Assembly (NCBI GenBank): GCA_040378705.1
Contig: JBEIMN010000001.1
Location: 1-39,945 of the forward strand
Reading direction: 5' to 3'
DNA length: 39,945 bases
Origin: Acidobacteriota bacterium
Lineage (GTDB): Bacteria > Acidobacteriota > Blastocatellia > RBC074
In this document: one piece after another, positions 1-11,790 of the stretch
Layout of the letters: every line of letters begins with the position of its first letter
How positions within the stretch are numbered: position 1 is the stretch's first letter
The notes under the pieces: model-generated
Seen by the model: the letters and a program-made list of their open reading frames with translations, nothing else
Told to the model about the DNA's origin: nothing
Database searches by the model: none
Made by a program: the position numbers and the translations under genes

Positions 1-22
1 GTAATTATGGCAAATTGAAAGA

Positions 23-51
23 GCCCTGCCACGATCATCTCGCGGCAGGGC
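23..51 (-). terminator. Candidate terminator/attenuator hairpin of a leftward transcription unit
   Basis: GCCCTGCC (23-30) pairs with GGCAGGGC (44-51) around a 13-nt loop. On the minus strand the stem is followed by TCTTTCAATTT, a T-rich but interrupted tract. Confidence 0.35.
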
Positions 52-117
52 CCCCGGTAAGCTGTGGATTCTGAGTTAGCAACATCCGATCAGCTCTTCG
101 CCAATACAAAGATGCTG

Positions 118-159
118 CTAAATCGCAGCCACCTCACTGTAATCCGATATGTTATTCAA
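118..159 (-). CDS. Candidate 13-codon mini-ORF (TTG start, MNNISDYSEVAAI, TAG stop), possible leader peptide
   Basis: On the minus strand a near-perfect SD, AAGGAGGTG (plus-strand 165-173), lies 5 nt before the TTG at 159 (7 nt counted from the GGAGG core). The ORF is below the 60-aa cut-off of the ORF track. No homology is claimed. Confidence 0.2.
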   Translation of the reverse strand: MNNISDYSEVAAI

Positions 160-189
160 TCGACCACCTCCTTTCTCAGTGTTGAAAGA

Positions 190-233
190 ATCCTACAATC
201 CCAGGAGTGGCTCGTCAAGGAGATTTTTTTTTT
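190..233 (-). promoter_or_regulatory. Sigma-70-type promoter with an upstream A10 (UP-element-like) tract, firing leftward
   Basis: Minus strand reads A10 (224-233), TCTCC, TTGACG (213-218), a 17-nt spacer, then TAGGAT (190-195). Confidence 0.45.
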
Positions 234-266
234 GGGGGGGGGAAGTAAAATTTAGCGAATAACAGG

Positions 267-297
267 AAAAAGCCCTAGCCGCGGGAGCGATTAGAGC
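267..297 (-). terminator. Probable rho-independent terminator of rpsT
   Basis: Minus strand GCUCUA...UAGGGC stem (297-292 pairs with 277-272, including one G-U pair) with an inner CGC/GCG pairing, followed by UUUUU (271-267). It lies 56 nt downstream of the rpsT stop. Confidence 0.5.
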
Positions 298-352
298 TTT
301 GACAAATTTTGAATGCGGAAGTTATGCCAGAAATTTCCGATTCTGTTCGAAA

Positions 353-622
353 CTACTTCGCCTGCAACTGGTTGACCCGTGCAGTGAGACGCGCCTTGTG
401 ACGTGCGGCGGCATTCCGATGAAGAATCCCCTTCTGAACCGACTTGTCAATGGTGGAGATGGTCGTCGGGAGGGCTTCGAGAACTTCGGCGGCCGTGCCC
501 TTGTCGATCAGTGTACGAATCTTCCTGATCTGTGAGCGAAGACGGGTGCGGTTGGTGGTATTGATAGCGTTCCGCTTCTCATTCTGACGATCTCTTTTTT
601 CGGCTGACTTATGATTCGGCAT
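353..622 (-). CDS. rpsT: 30S ribosomal protein S20
   Basis: 89 aa, very basic. MPNHKSAEKR...RNAAARHKARLTARVNQL matches the S20 N-terminal (KSAxKR) and C-terminal (HKNxAARHKxxL) signatures. Confidence 0.95.
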   Translation of the reverse strand: MPNHKSAEKRDRQNEKRNAINTTNRTRLRSQIRKIRTLIDKGTAAEVLEALPTTISTIDKSVQKGILHRNAAARHKARLTARVNQLQAK

Positions 623-763
623 ACTGCGTTTCTCTTTCTCTTTCTTATTCTCTTCTACTCACTTGGACACCTGGTCTTCAGGTATTCTATTTTTCAAACC
701 CTATGCTTTTTACCCGGCACTCGCCACGTCCGTCCACAATTAATTATTGTTGCCCACTAAATG

Positions 764-961
764 CTGGATAACCCCTGTACTGGATAACGTCTGTAAACGT
801 AAAGAGCCTAAAGACCATAACTACAAGACTCAGCATAGTAAAGACTCAGCATAATACAAACTACGGATTATATTTTCGCGTAAAACCACTGTCAAGGTAA
901 TTATCCGGGTAATTATCCGGGCAGCGGAGATTTCCATCCCAGTCTGACAGGTAATTTTCCG
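764..961. repeat. Three families of short tandem direct repeats in the rpsT / dipeptidase intergenic region
   Basis: CTGGATAACNNCTGTA x2 (764-779, 780-795; 14/16 identical). AAGACTCAGCATARTA x2 (825-840, 841-856; 15/16). GGTAATTATCCG x2 (896-907, 908-919), plus a degenerate third copy GGTAATTTTCCG (950-961). Confidence 0.9.
867..895 (-). promoter_or_regulatory. Perfect consensus sigma-70 promoter (TTGACA-N17-TATAAT) directed toward rpsT
   Basis: Plus-strand tgtcaa at 890-895 and attata at 867-872 read on the minus strand as TTGACA, a 17-nt spacer and TATAAT. The 12-bp GGTAATTATCCG repeats abut the -35 element on its upstream side. Confidence 0.6.
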
Positions 962-1082
962 AAAGTCTCCCCGATATTCAGGCTCATCGCGCTCGGTTCG
1001 CTTTTATTATGGACTAAAGTGGGCGGGTGAATGCATACTGCGGGAATAATCGTTTATCGACATTTTTCACGGAGGGATAGCA

Positions 1083-2270
1083 ATGAAAAGCAGACTTAGG
1101 TCCCTGACCGGCGTAATCATTCTGCTGGTCAGTGGAGCGTCGGTTCTGGCGCAGCAAGGTGACGACATCGCGGTGCGGGCACGAAAGATCCATTTCTCAT
1201 CGATCGTCATGGACACGCATATCGACGTGACACCAAAACTCCAGACCGACTGGAAATTTACCGCGGAGCATGAAGCGGGCCACATCGACCTGCCGCGGAT
1301 GCGAAAGGGCGGACTGAACGCGCTCTTCTTTTCAATCTATATGCCGGGGACGGTAACGGGGCCAAAGGCGGTGAGTGATTCGCTGGAGCGGATCGCGGCG
1401 GTTCACAAGCTGGCGAGCGACCTTCCCGATCAGGTTCGAGTCTGTACAACGGCGGCCGAGGTCGAGCAGGCGCACAAGGATGGCCGGATTGCCGGGCTGA
1501 TGGGAATGGAAGGCGGGCACATGATCAACAACAGCCTGCCGACGCTGCGAATGTATGCCCGACTGGGAGTGCGGTACCTGACGCTGACCCATTCCGTCAA
1601 TACTGACTGGGCAGACTCTTCCACCGACCAGCCGAAACACAATGGCCTGACCGATTTCGGGAAGCAGGTTGTCCAGGAGTTGAACCGCCTTGGGGTCATG
1701 GTCGACGTCTCGCACGTCTCGGACAAGACATTCTGGGATGCGCTCGAGGTGAGCAAAGCCCCACTCATCGCCTCTCATTCGTCGTGCCGAGCCATCTCCG
1801 GCCACGCGCGCAATATGACAGATGAGATGATCAGGGCACTTGCCGCGAAGGGTGGGGTGATCCAGATCAACTACCTCGACAGCTATCTCGATCAGGCACT
1901 CTTCGAGTACAGCCAGAAATCGCAGCCTGTGATGCGCCAGATGATGCAAAAGTATCCCGGACGGGAGAACATGGCGAAGTGGCGCGAGGAGGTTGCCAAA
2001 GTCTATGGCCCAGCCCCGAAGGCGAGCTGGGAGAAGATCGTTGAACACATCGATCATGCGGTCAAATTGGTGGGCGCCGATCACGTCGGATTGGGATCGG
2101 ATTTTGACGGGGGACCGATGCCGGTCGGAATGGAAGATGTCACGCGGCTGCCAAAGATCACCGATGCCCTGGTTCGTCGTGGCTATAAGGATGCCGATAT
2201 CCGCAAGATTCTTGGCGGCAACACCCTTCGGTTGATGAGGGATGTCGAGAAGGTTGCGGCGAGGCCATAA
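1083..2270 (+). CDS. Membrane/renal-type dipeptidase, peptidase family M19, secreted
   Basis: 395 aa. Signal peptide MKSRLRSLTGVIILLVSGASVLAQQ. Motifs DTHIDV, LTLTHSVNTDWADS, DVSHVSDKTFWDAL, IASHSSCRA and GLGSDFDG are typical of M19. SD GGAGGG lies 7 nt upstream of the ATG. Confidence 0.9.
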   Translation: MKSRLRSLTGVIILLVSGASVLAQQGDDIAVRARKIHFSSIVMDTHIDVTPKLQTDWKFTAEHEAGHIDLPRMRKGGLNALFFSIYMPGTVTGPKAVSDSLERIAAVHKLASDLPDQVRVCTTAAEVEQAHKDGRIAGLMGMEGGHMINNSLPTLRMYARLGVRYLTLTHSVNTDWADSSTDQPKHNGLTDFGKQVVQELNRLGVMVDVSHVSDKTFWDALEVSKAPLIASHSSCRAISGHARNMTDEMIRALAAKGGVIQINYLDSYLDQALFEYSQKSQPVMRQMMQKYPGRENMAKWREEVAKVYGPAPKASWEKIVEHIDHAVKLVGADHVGLGSDFDGGPMPVGMEDVTRLPKITDALVRRGYKDADIRKILGGNTLRLMRDVEKVAARP

Positions 2271-2401
2271 ATTGCTGAACTATGCCGTCTGGCCCGTCCG
2301 GTAAACTTTGGGTGATCAGGGTCCAGGGCCCGGTCACCCAAATTATACCGGAAGAAATATAATGATGAAGTTTCGAGAGGTCTGGAAAGGTCTGAGCGCC
2401 T

Positions 2402-2971
2402 TTGCAGACCATTTTGCTTATGGAATCTGCAAATAATACTCAGACCCGATCAAAGTCATCGACGAAGGTGCTGTCAGTCAGCAATCTGGTCGCGGAAAGG
2501 CGTCTTCTGCGGGAAGCTGGGCGCAGGGTAGTCTTTACGAACGGATGTTTCGACCTGCTCCATCCGGGCCATGTGCGATATCTGACGCTGGCGCGGGAAT
2601 TGGGTGACGCCTTGATCGTAGCATTGAATAGTGACCGATCTGTTCGCGCCTTGAAAGGTCCGTCGCGACCGATACTGCGCGAGAATGAGCGTGCAGAGGT
2701 GATGGCGGCGCTGGAATGCGTCGACTATGTAACAATCTTCGATGAAGAGACACCGCGTGAATTGATTGCGCAACTTCTGCCCGATATTCTGGTCAAGGGT
2801 GGAGACTGGGGGGTAACGGATATAATCGGGCGTGAAGAGGTAGAGGCAGCCGGAGGCGAGGTTCTCAGCCTGCCATTCGTCGAGGGTTGTTCGACGAGTG
2901 ACGTCATTGCGCGAATTCTGGAACGGCTATGTCCGGGGCCTTCCCCAAACAGATCGAGTAATTGCCAGTGA
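2402..2971 (+). CDS. D-glycero-beta-D-manno-heptose-1-phosphate adenylyltransferase-like cytidylyltransferase (RfaE/HldE domain II type)
   Basis: [19 protein letters not shown] (the cytidylyltransferase HxGH motif), [15 protein letters not shown] and VKGGDW. The start is uncertain: TTG at 2402 or ATG at 2420. Confidence 0.8.
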   Translation: MQTILLMESANNTQTRSKSSTKVLSVSNLVAERRLLREAGRRVVFTNGCFDLLHPGHVRYLTLARELGDALIVALNSDRSVRALKGPSRPILRENERAEVMAALECVDYVTIFDEETPRELIAQLLPDILVKGGDWGVTDIIGREEVEAAGGEVLSLPFVEGCSTSDVIARILERLCPGPSPNRSSNCQ

Positions 2972-3002
2972 AGTGATTGGCAGGGAGAAGATCGGTCAGC
3001 CA

Positions 3003-6689
<3,687 letters not shown>

Positions 6690-6698
6690 TGAATCTGG

Positions 6699-7859
6699 CT
6701 AGCGTGCAGATCCCACCCGGCCGTCAAGGTCGCCAAGCCTGAGTCGGATACTGACGATGTAGGGTGGTTGACCGGCGACCCAGTGGCCATAGGTCGTGGC
6801 GACGAAGGTTCCATCCGGAAGTATTTCGACTCCCGGATAGGCGCAGTCGGCATCCCAGCCGGTGGCGTTGGGGAAGTTGTCCATCAGACGGATCCTGTAC
6901 TGGCCTTCGCGCCCCTTGAGGATATCGCTGTAACTGCCGACCCAGCCAACCCAGTCCCCCCTACTGGTTGGACTGGTTGGACTTTCGGGCGCCATGTCGC
7001 GGAATGAGATGAAGAGCCGTCCATCGGGAGCATATTTAGCGGTATGGCGATCGCCGGTCAGTGCGCCTGGCAGCTCGCGGGGCACGGTCCACGTCTTCCC
7101 TTCATCGTTCGAAAAAATGACGTGTGAATTGCGAAGCCGGCGGTTTTCGCGGAGGAGAACGGCCATCTGCCGACCGTTTGGAGAGCGGACGACTCCCGGC
7201 TCGCAGAGATGGATCTGTTCGGACGCGAAGATCTTCTCCGGCTTCGACCAGGTCAGTCCTCCGTCGTGTGAAAAGACCTGGTAGAGAGTCATCACCGGCG
7301 TCTTGCTGCCATCACGGGCAAAGAAACGCCCATCATCGTGGAACATTGCCAGGTAATGGCCGGGCCCGGTTCGCAGTTTCTCGACGAAGCCCATGGTCAC
7401 GATTCCACCGTAGTCTCCGATCGGTTTCAGTTCAGACCAGGTCAGCCCGTCATCCTCCGAGATCGAGGATCGAATCGGATAGAGCCCGGAGAACAGAACG
7501 AGCCTTTTTTTACCGGCGGCATCGACGACTCGATGAATTGTCGGGGTTTCGAGCGAGGTCTCCCAGCTCTTTGGGGTTGGGAGTCGGGAAGACCAGGTCA
7601 GTCCACCGTCGGTACTCCGCTTCATCAGGATCGCCCCCTTGCCATGTCCTTTCGGGTAGACGGCAAGAATCGTCCGTTTGTCTTCAAGCAGGACGGTGGT
7701 TGGATGGCCAAGGTACTGCCCAGACTCGCGGTCAACGACCACCTGGCGCGAAGTCTCCTTCGCGAGGTCGAGCTGTGGGATACCATAGCCCCGCGATGGA
7801 GCCGGTGATTGCGCAAAGGCGCTGATTCCAAACAGTAAAAGGGCCGCAAATTTTTTCAT
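6699..7859 (-). CDS. BNR/Asp-box repeat, sialidase-family (GH33-like) secreted glycosidase
   Basis: Four Asp-boxes of the SxDxGxTW type: STDGGLTW, SEDDGLTW, SHDGGLTW, SNDEGKTW. Signal peptide MKKFAALLLFGISAFAQS. The ATG at 7859 has AAGGA at good spacing; the alternative ATG at 7865 adds 2 aa. I did not see a clear FRIP motif, so the substrate is uncertain. Confidence 0.75.
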   Translation of the reverse strand: MKKFAALLLFGISAFAQSPAPSRGYGIPQLDLAKETSRQVVVDRESGQYLGHPTTVLLEDKRTILAVYPKGHGKGAILMKRSTDGGLTWSSRLPTPKSWETSLETPTIHRVVDAAGKKRLVLFSGLYPIRSSISEDDGLTWSELKPIGDYGGIVTMGFVEKLRTGPGHYLAMFHDDGRFFARDGSKTPVMTLYQVFSHDGGLTWSKPEKIFASEQIHLCEPGVVRSPNGRQMAVLLRENRRLRNSHVIFSNDEGKTWTVPRELPGALTGDRHTAKYAPDGRLFISFRDMAPESPTSPTSRGDWVGWVGSYSDILKGREGQYRIRLMDNFPNATGWDADCAYPGVEILPDGTFVATTYGHWVAGQPPYIVSIRLRLGDLDGRVGSAR

Positions 7860-8289
7860 GATCATTCCTTGTTGTGGTTAAAGTTGGAGTAACGTAAGCC
7901 TGCGTCAGGTCATTGTCAAGAAGACATTGACAAGTACTGCCGCGAGGCCAAAAATGATTTCGATGTCCAGGCCGCCTCGCCGAAATTGAGGGGAAAGAGT
8001 TCAGGCGATAAGAGCTGGCATATCAGGCAGATCCGGATCGCAGGTTTCTGCCGGATCACGGCAGCGATGGAAGACTCTTTTCATCCCGGAGATTTTCATC
8101 TCAGAAAGCTGCGATAATCTACGACATAATGCTCCATTTCTGTCGACGCTTTCTATCTCGTGGAGATCGGACCACCTGGCATCCGGAGTACCGAAAAAGA
8201 ATAATCGATCGGGTTCGATTGGGATTTATAGTTTCCAGAATAATCAGAGCTTTAAATTACTCCAATTACCGTATCAACGAGGAACTCAA

Positions 8290-9786
8290 ATGAATAGATT
8301 ACTACTCGCCGCCACGATCTCGCTCTTGTTACTGATTCCAGCCCATGGTCAGACCGGAAAATATGCTCCCAACTGGGAGTCCCTCGACAAGCGACCAACC
8401 CCGGAGTGGTTCATCGACGCCAAGTTTGGAGTCTTCATCCACTGGGGAGTATACGCCGTGCCGGCCTGGGGCATGCCGGGCCAGTATTCCGAATGGTACT
8501 GGAATCGACTGATGAGTACCGATGCGAAGTGGGCCAACTGGCGTGAGTTCCACCGTAAAAATTATGGTCCGGACTTCAGCTACATGGACTTTGCACCACA
8601 GTTCAGGGCCGAGCTCTATGACGCAAAACAGTGGGCGAGCCTCTTCAGGCGAGCCGGAGTCAAATATGTTGTGCCGACCTCGAAGCACCACGACGGCTAC
8701 GCTATCTGGCCAAGCGCCGAGGCAAGCCGCACCTGGGGTCGTCCGTGGAACTCAATGGATATCGGGCCAAAGCGCGATCTGCTTGGAGAACTGTCAGCGG
8801 CGACACGGGCTGAGGGACTAAAATTCGGGTTTTATTATTCGCTCTACGAGTGGTACAACCCACTTTGGAAGAGCGATCGGCAGCGTTATGTGGCCGAGCA
8901 CATGTTTCCACAGTTCAAGGATGTGGTAACGCGGTACAAGCCATCGCTGATATTCAGTGATGGTGAGTGGGATATGGAATCGAAGGACTGGCGCAGCGAG
9001 GAGTTGCTTGCGTGGCTTTTCAACGAATCTTCCGCGAAAGACGATGTCGTCGTCAACGACCGCTGGGGTAAAGACTCGCGTCACAAGCACGGTGGTTACT
9101 GGACGACAGAATATGCGGCCGGCCTCAGGGATGGTTCTCATCCGTGGGAGGAGAGTCGCGGGATGGCAGATTCATACGGGCTCAATCGTGCCGAGCGGAT
9201 TGACAACTACAAGACCGGCCGGGAGTTCATCCTTACCCTCGTCGATCTGGTCAGTCGTGGCGGCAACCTGCTGCTCGACATTGGGCCAAATGGTGACGGG
9301 ACGATTCCTCCACTGATGGAGCAACGGCTGCTCGAGATCGGCGATTGGCTGAAGGTGAATGGCGAGGCGATCTATGGCACTCGATTCGCGGGACGCTCCA
9401 GCCAGTGGACAGAAGGAAAGCAGCCGACGCAGGAGTATGGAGAGTTCATGGTGAAGTACAACCTGATGGATCAGGTTGGGCAGCAGCCGAAGAATGGCGT
9501 GGCGGTCAAGCAGGTCTTTTTCACGAAGAAGGGTGACGTGCTCTATGCGATCACGGCCGGCTGGCCTGGCAAGCAGCTCGTCCTGCGGGATATCAAAGTT
9601 ACGGGTGGAGTGACCGTGAGCATGCTTGGGGTTCCAGGCGACCTGAAAGTGGTTCGTGGAAAGAATACGCTGAGCATCCGGACACCCGATCTGGGTCCGG
9701 ACGAGGCTCCGTGTCGCCACGCTTTTGCCTTCAGGATCACCGGGGCGGAGGTGCTTCCGGAGCAGGCAGGCGTGAAGACAAAGTAA
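8290..9786 (+). CDS. Alpha-L-fucosidase (GH29), secreted
   Basis: 498 aa. PTPEWFIDAKFGVFIHWGVYAVPAW, PTSKHHDGYAIWPS and LIFSDGEW are hallmark GH29 segments. A signal peptide is present, and SD GAGGA lies 6 nt upstream. Confidence 0.9.
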   Translation: MNRLLLAATISLLLLIPAHGQTGKYAPNWESLDKRPTPEWFIDAKFGVFIHWGVYAVPAWGMPGQYSEWYWNRLMSTDAKWANWREFHRKNYGPDFSYMDFAPQFRAELYDAKQWASLFRRAGVKYVVPTSKHHDGYAIWPSAEASRTWGRPWNSMDIGPKRDLLGELSAATRAEGLKFGFYYSLYEWYNPLWKSDRQRYVAEHMFPQFKDVVTRYKPSLIFSDGEWDMESKDWRSEELLAWLFNESSAKDDVVVNDRWGKDSRHKHGGYWTTEYAAGLRDGSHPWEESRGMADSYGLNRAERIDNYKTGREFILTLVDLVSRGGNLLLDIGPNGDGTIPPLMEQRLLEIGDWLKVNGEAIYGTRFAGRSSQWTEGKQPTQEYGEFMVKYNLMDQVGQQPKNGVAVKQVFFTKKGDVLYAITAGWPGKQLVLRDIKVTGGVTVSMLGVPGDLKVVRGKNTLSIRTPDLGPDEAPCRHAFAFRITGAEVLPEQAGVKTK

Positions 9787-9956
9787 GGCGTCCTTGACCT
9801 CTCAGATCCGCCATGTGATTATTTTTCACTCATCGGTTCTCCTGATGCTGCACAGGTTACCGAAAAGCCGGGATTGCAGTGACCCGGAAATAAGCGAGAA
9901 TCGGGGGCCTGAATCAGCAGGAGTTCGGCCCACTCTCAGGGAGATAATAGAAATTA

Positions 9957-11711
9957 ATGAGTTCGCTGGAAACCACCGCCGGCACTCCGCTTGAGGAGTC
10001 ACCGGAAAGGTCAAATTTTATTCGTGACATCATAATACAGGACATCCAGTCAGGCCGGCACGATGGGCGTGTACAGACGCGCTTCCCTCCGGAACCGAAT
10101 GGGTACCTGCACATCGGGCACGCGAAAGCGATCTGCCTCGACTTTGGTTTGGCGGCTGAGTTTGGCGGTCGATGCAACCTGCGGTTCGATGACACAAACC
10201 CATCGAAGGAAGAGACCGAATATGTCGATGCAATTATGGAAGATGTCCGCTGGCTTGGATTCAAGTGGGACGGTCTCTTCTTCGCTTCGGACTATTTCCA
10301 GCAGCTCTATGATTGGGCCGTCGAGCTGATCAGGGCGGGCAAGGCTTTTGTGTGCGACCTGACGGCCGACGAGATTCGTGAATATCGTGGAACGCTGACC
10401 GAGCCGGGACGGGAGAGCCCCTATCGCAGCCGGACGATCGAGGAGAACCTCGACCTGTTTGAGCGGATGAAGAACGGCGAGTTTCCGGATGGATCGCGAA
10501 CGGTGCGGGCGAAGATCGACATGGCATCGCCCAACCTGAACTTCCGCGACCCGGTGATGTACCGGATTCTTCATATGGAACATCACCGGACCGGCAATGA
10601 ATGGTGCATCTACCCGATGTACGATTACGCTCATGGCCAGTCAGATTCGATCGAAAAGGTTACCCATTCGATCTGTACCCTCGAATTTGACAACAACCGA
10701 CCGCTCTATAACTGGTTCATCGAGCAGCTTGGGATATTTCCGTCACAGCAGTTCGAATTCGATCGTCTGAGTGTTACCTACACGCTGCTGAGCAAGCGCA
10801 AGTTGCTGAAGCTCGTGCAGGAGAAGCTTGTCAGCGGGTGGGATGATCCGCGAATGCCGACACTTTCAGGGATGAGGAGACGCGGATACACCCCCGAAGC
10901 GATACGCAATTTCTGCGCCAACATTGGGGTATCGAAGACCAACGGGATAACGCAGATCTCCCATCTCGAATATTTCCTGCGTGAAGATTTGAACCGCCAT
11001 TCGCTGCGGGTCAATGCGGTCCTCAATCCATTGAAGGTCGTGATCGAAAACTATCCGGAGGATGGGCCAGAAGGTGCAGGGGGTGGTGAAGTAACAGAGG
11101 AGCTTGAGGCGATCAACAACCCGGAGGATCCGGGAGCCGGAACGCGGACAGTCCCCTTTTCGAAGGTTCTCTACATCGAGCAGGAGGACTTCCGTGAGGA
11201 TCCGCCGAAGCAGTTCTATCGTCTTGCGCCCGGCCGCGAAGTCAGGCTGCGCTATGGATATCTCATCACCTGCCGGGAGGCGATCAAGGATGCGGAAGGC
11301 AATATTGTCGAGTTGCGATGCACCTACGATCCGGCGACACGTGGTGGCAACACTCCTGACGGACGAAAGGTGAAATCGACGATCCACTGGGTTTCAGCAG
11401 CCCACGCGATCGATGCCGAAGTGAGGCTTTACGACACCCTGTTTTCCAATGAGGATCCGAACGAGGTCGCGGAAGGGCAGGACTTCACGGCCAATCTTAA
11501 TCCAAACTCGCTGAAGGTGCTGACGGGATGCAAGGTCGAGCCGGGACTGCGCGATGCCGTTGCCGGAACCCGCTACCAGTTTGAGCGAATGGGCTATTTC
11601 TGCGTCGACCGTGATTCGACCCCGGGGAGACCGGTCTTCAACCGGACGATCGGCCTGAAGGATACCTGGGCAAAGATTGAGCAGAAGGGCCAGAAAGATA
11701 AGCAGAAGTAG
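9957..11711 (+). CDS. glnS: Glutamine--tRNA ligase
   Basis: 584 aa. NFIRDII...[17 protein letters not shown] (HIGH motif), LLSKRKL (the KMSKS-equivalent, VMSKRKL in E. coli) and a C-terminal anticodon-binding region. Confidence 0.95.
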   Translation: MSSLETTAGTPLEESPERSNFIRDIIIQDIQSGRHDGRVQTRFPPEPNGYLHIGHAKAICLDFGLAAEFGGRCNLRFDDTNPSKEETEYVDAIMEDVRWLGFKWDGLFFASDYFQQLYDWAVELIRAGKAFVCDLTADEIREYRGTLTEPGRESPYRSRTIEENLDLFERMKNGEFPDGSRTVRAKIDMASPNLNFRDPVMYRILHMEHHRTGNEWCIYPMYDYAHGQSDSIEKVTHSICTLEFDNNRPLYNWFIEQLGIFPSQQFEFDRLSVTYTLLSKRKLLKLVQEKLVSGWDDPRMPTLSGMRRRGYTPEAIRNFCANIGVSKTNGITQISHLEYFLREDLNRHSLRVNAVLNPLKVVIENYPEDGPEGAGGGEVTEELEAINNPEDPGAGTRTVPFSKVLYIEQEDFREDPPKQFYRLAPGREVRLRYGYLITCREAIKDAEGNIVELRCTYDPATRGGNTPDGRKVKSTIHWVSAAHAIDAEVRLYDTLFSNEDPNEVAEGQDFTANLNPNSLKVLTGCKVEPGLRDAVAGTRYQFERMGYFCVDRDSTPGRPVFNRTIGLKDTWAKIEQKGQKDKQK

Positions 11712-11790
11712 AGTCGGAAGTAAACGAGCAGTTATTTTTGTCAGTCAGGTTTAAACCAATATTACCCAACCAAGGAAAGAGGTACGTCTG

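Noticed and set aside
64-255. 63-aa plus-strand ORF (GTG start) at the left edge, and the plus-strand CCACCTCCTTTCT that resembles a 16S rRNA 3' end.
   Set aside because: The ORF runs through the T10G9 tract and has no SD. The anti-SD-like string lacks any flanking 16S sequence. It is simply the complement of a strong SD on the minus strand.
2307-2342. Hairpin TTTGGGTGA...TCACCCAAA after the dipeptidase gene, as a possible terminator.
   Set aside because: The 9-bp stem has an 18-nt loop and is followed by ATTATACC rather than a U-tract. It may be a weak terminator or a structural element, but it is not convincing.
2362-2436. 24-codon ORF ([24 protein letters not shown]) upstream of, and overlapping, the adenylyltransferase start.
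   Set aside because: It has no convincing SD or hydrophobic/leader-peptide character, and it overlaps the candidate starts of the next gene. It is indistinguishable from chance.
2898-3002. N-terminal extensions offered by the ORF track: mfd from 2898, phosphodiesterase from 13187, oxidoreductase from 15656, NtrC-type regulator from 30728, yajQ from 35430, nucleotidyltransferase from 37624.
   Set aside because: The extensions overlap upstream genes, terminator hairpins or repeat arrays. They precede canonical family N-termini or signal peptides, which begin at internal ATGs with better SDs.
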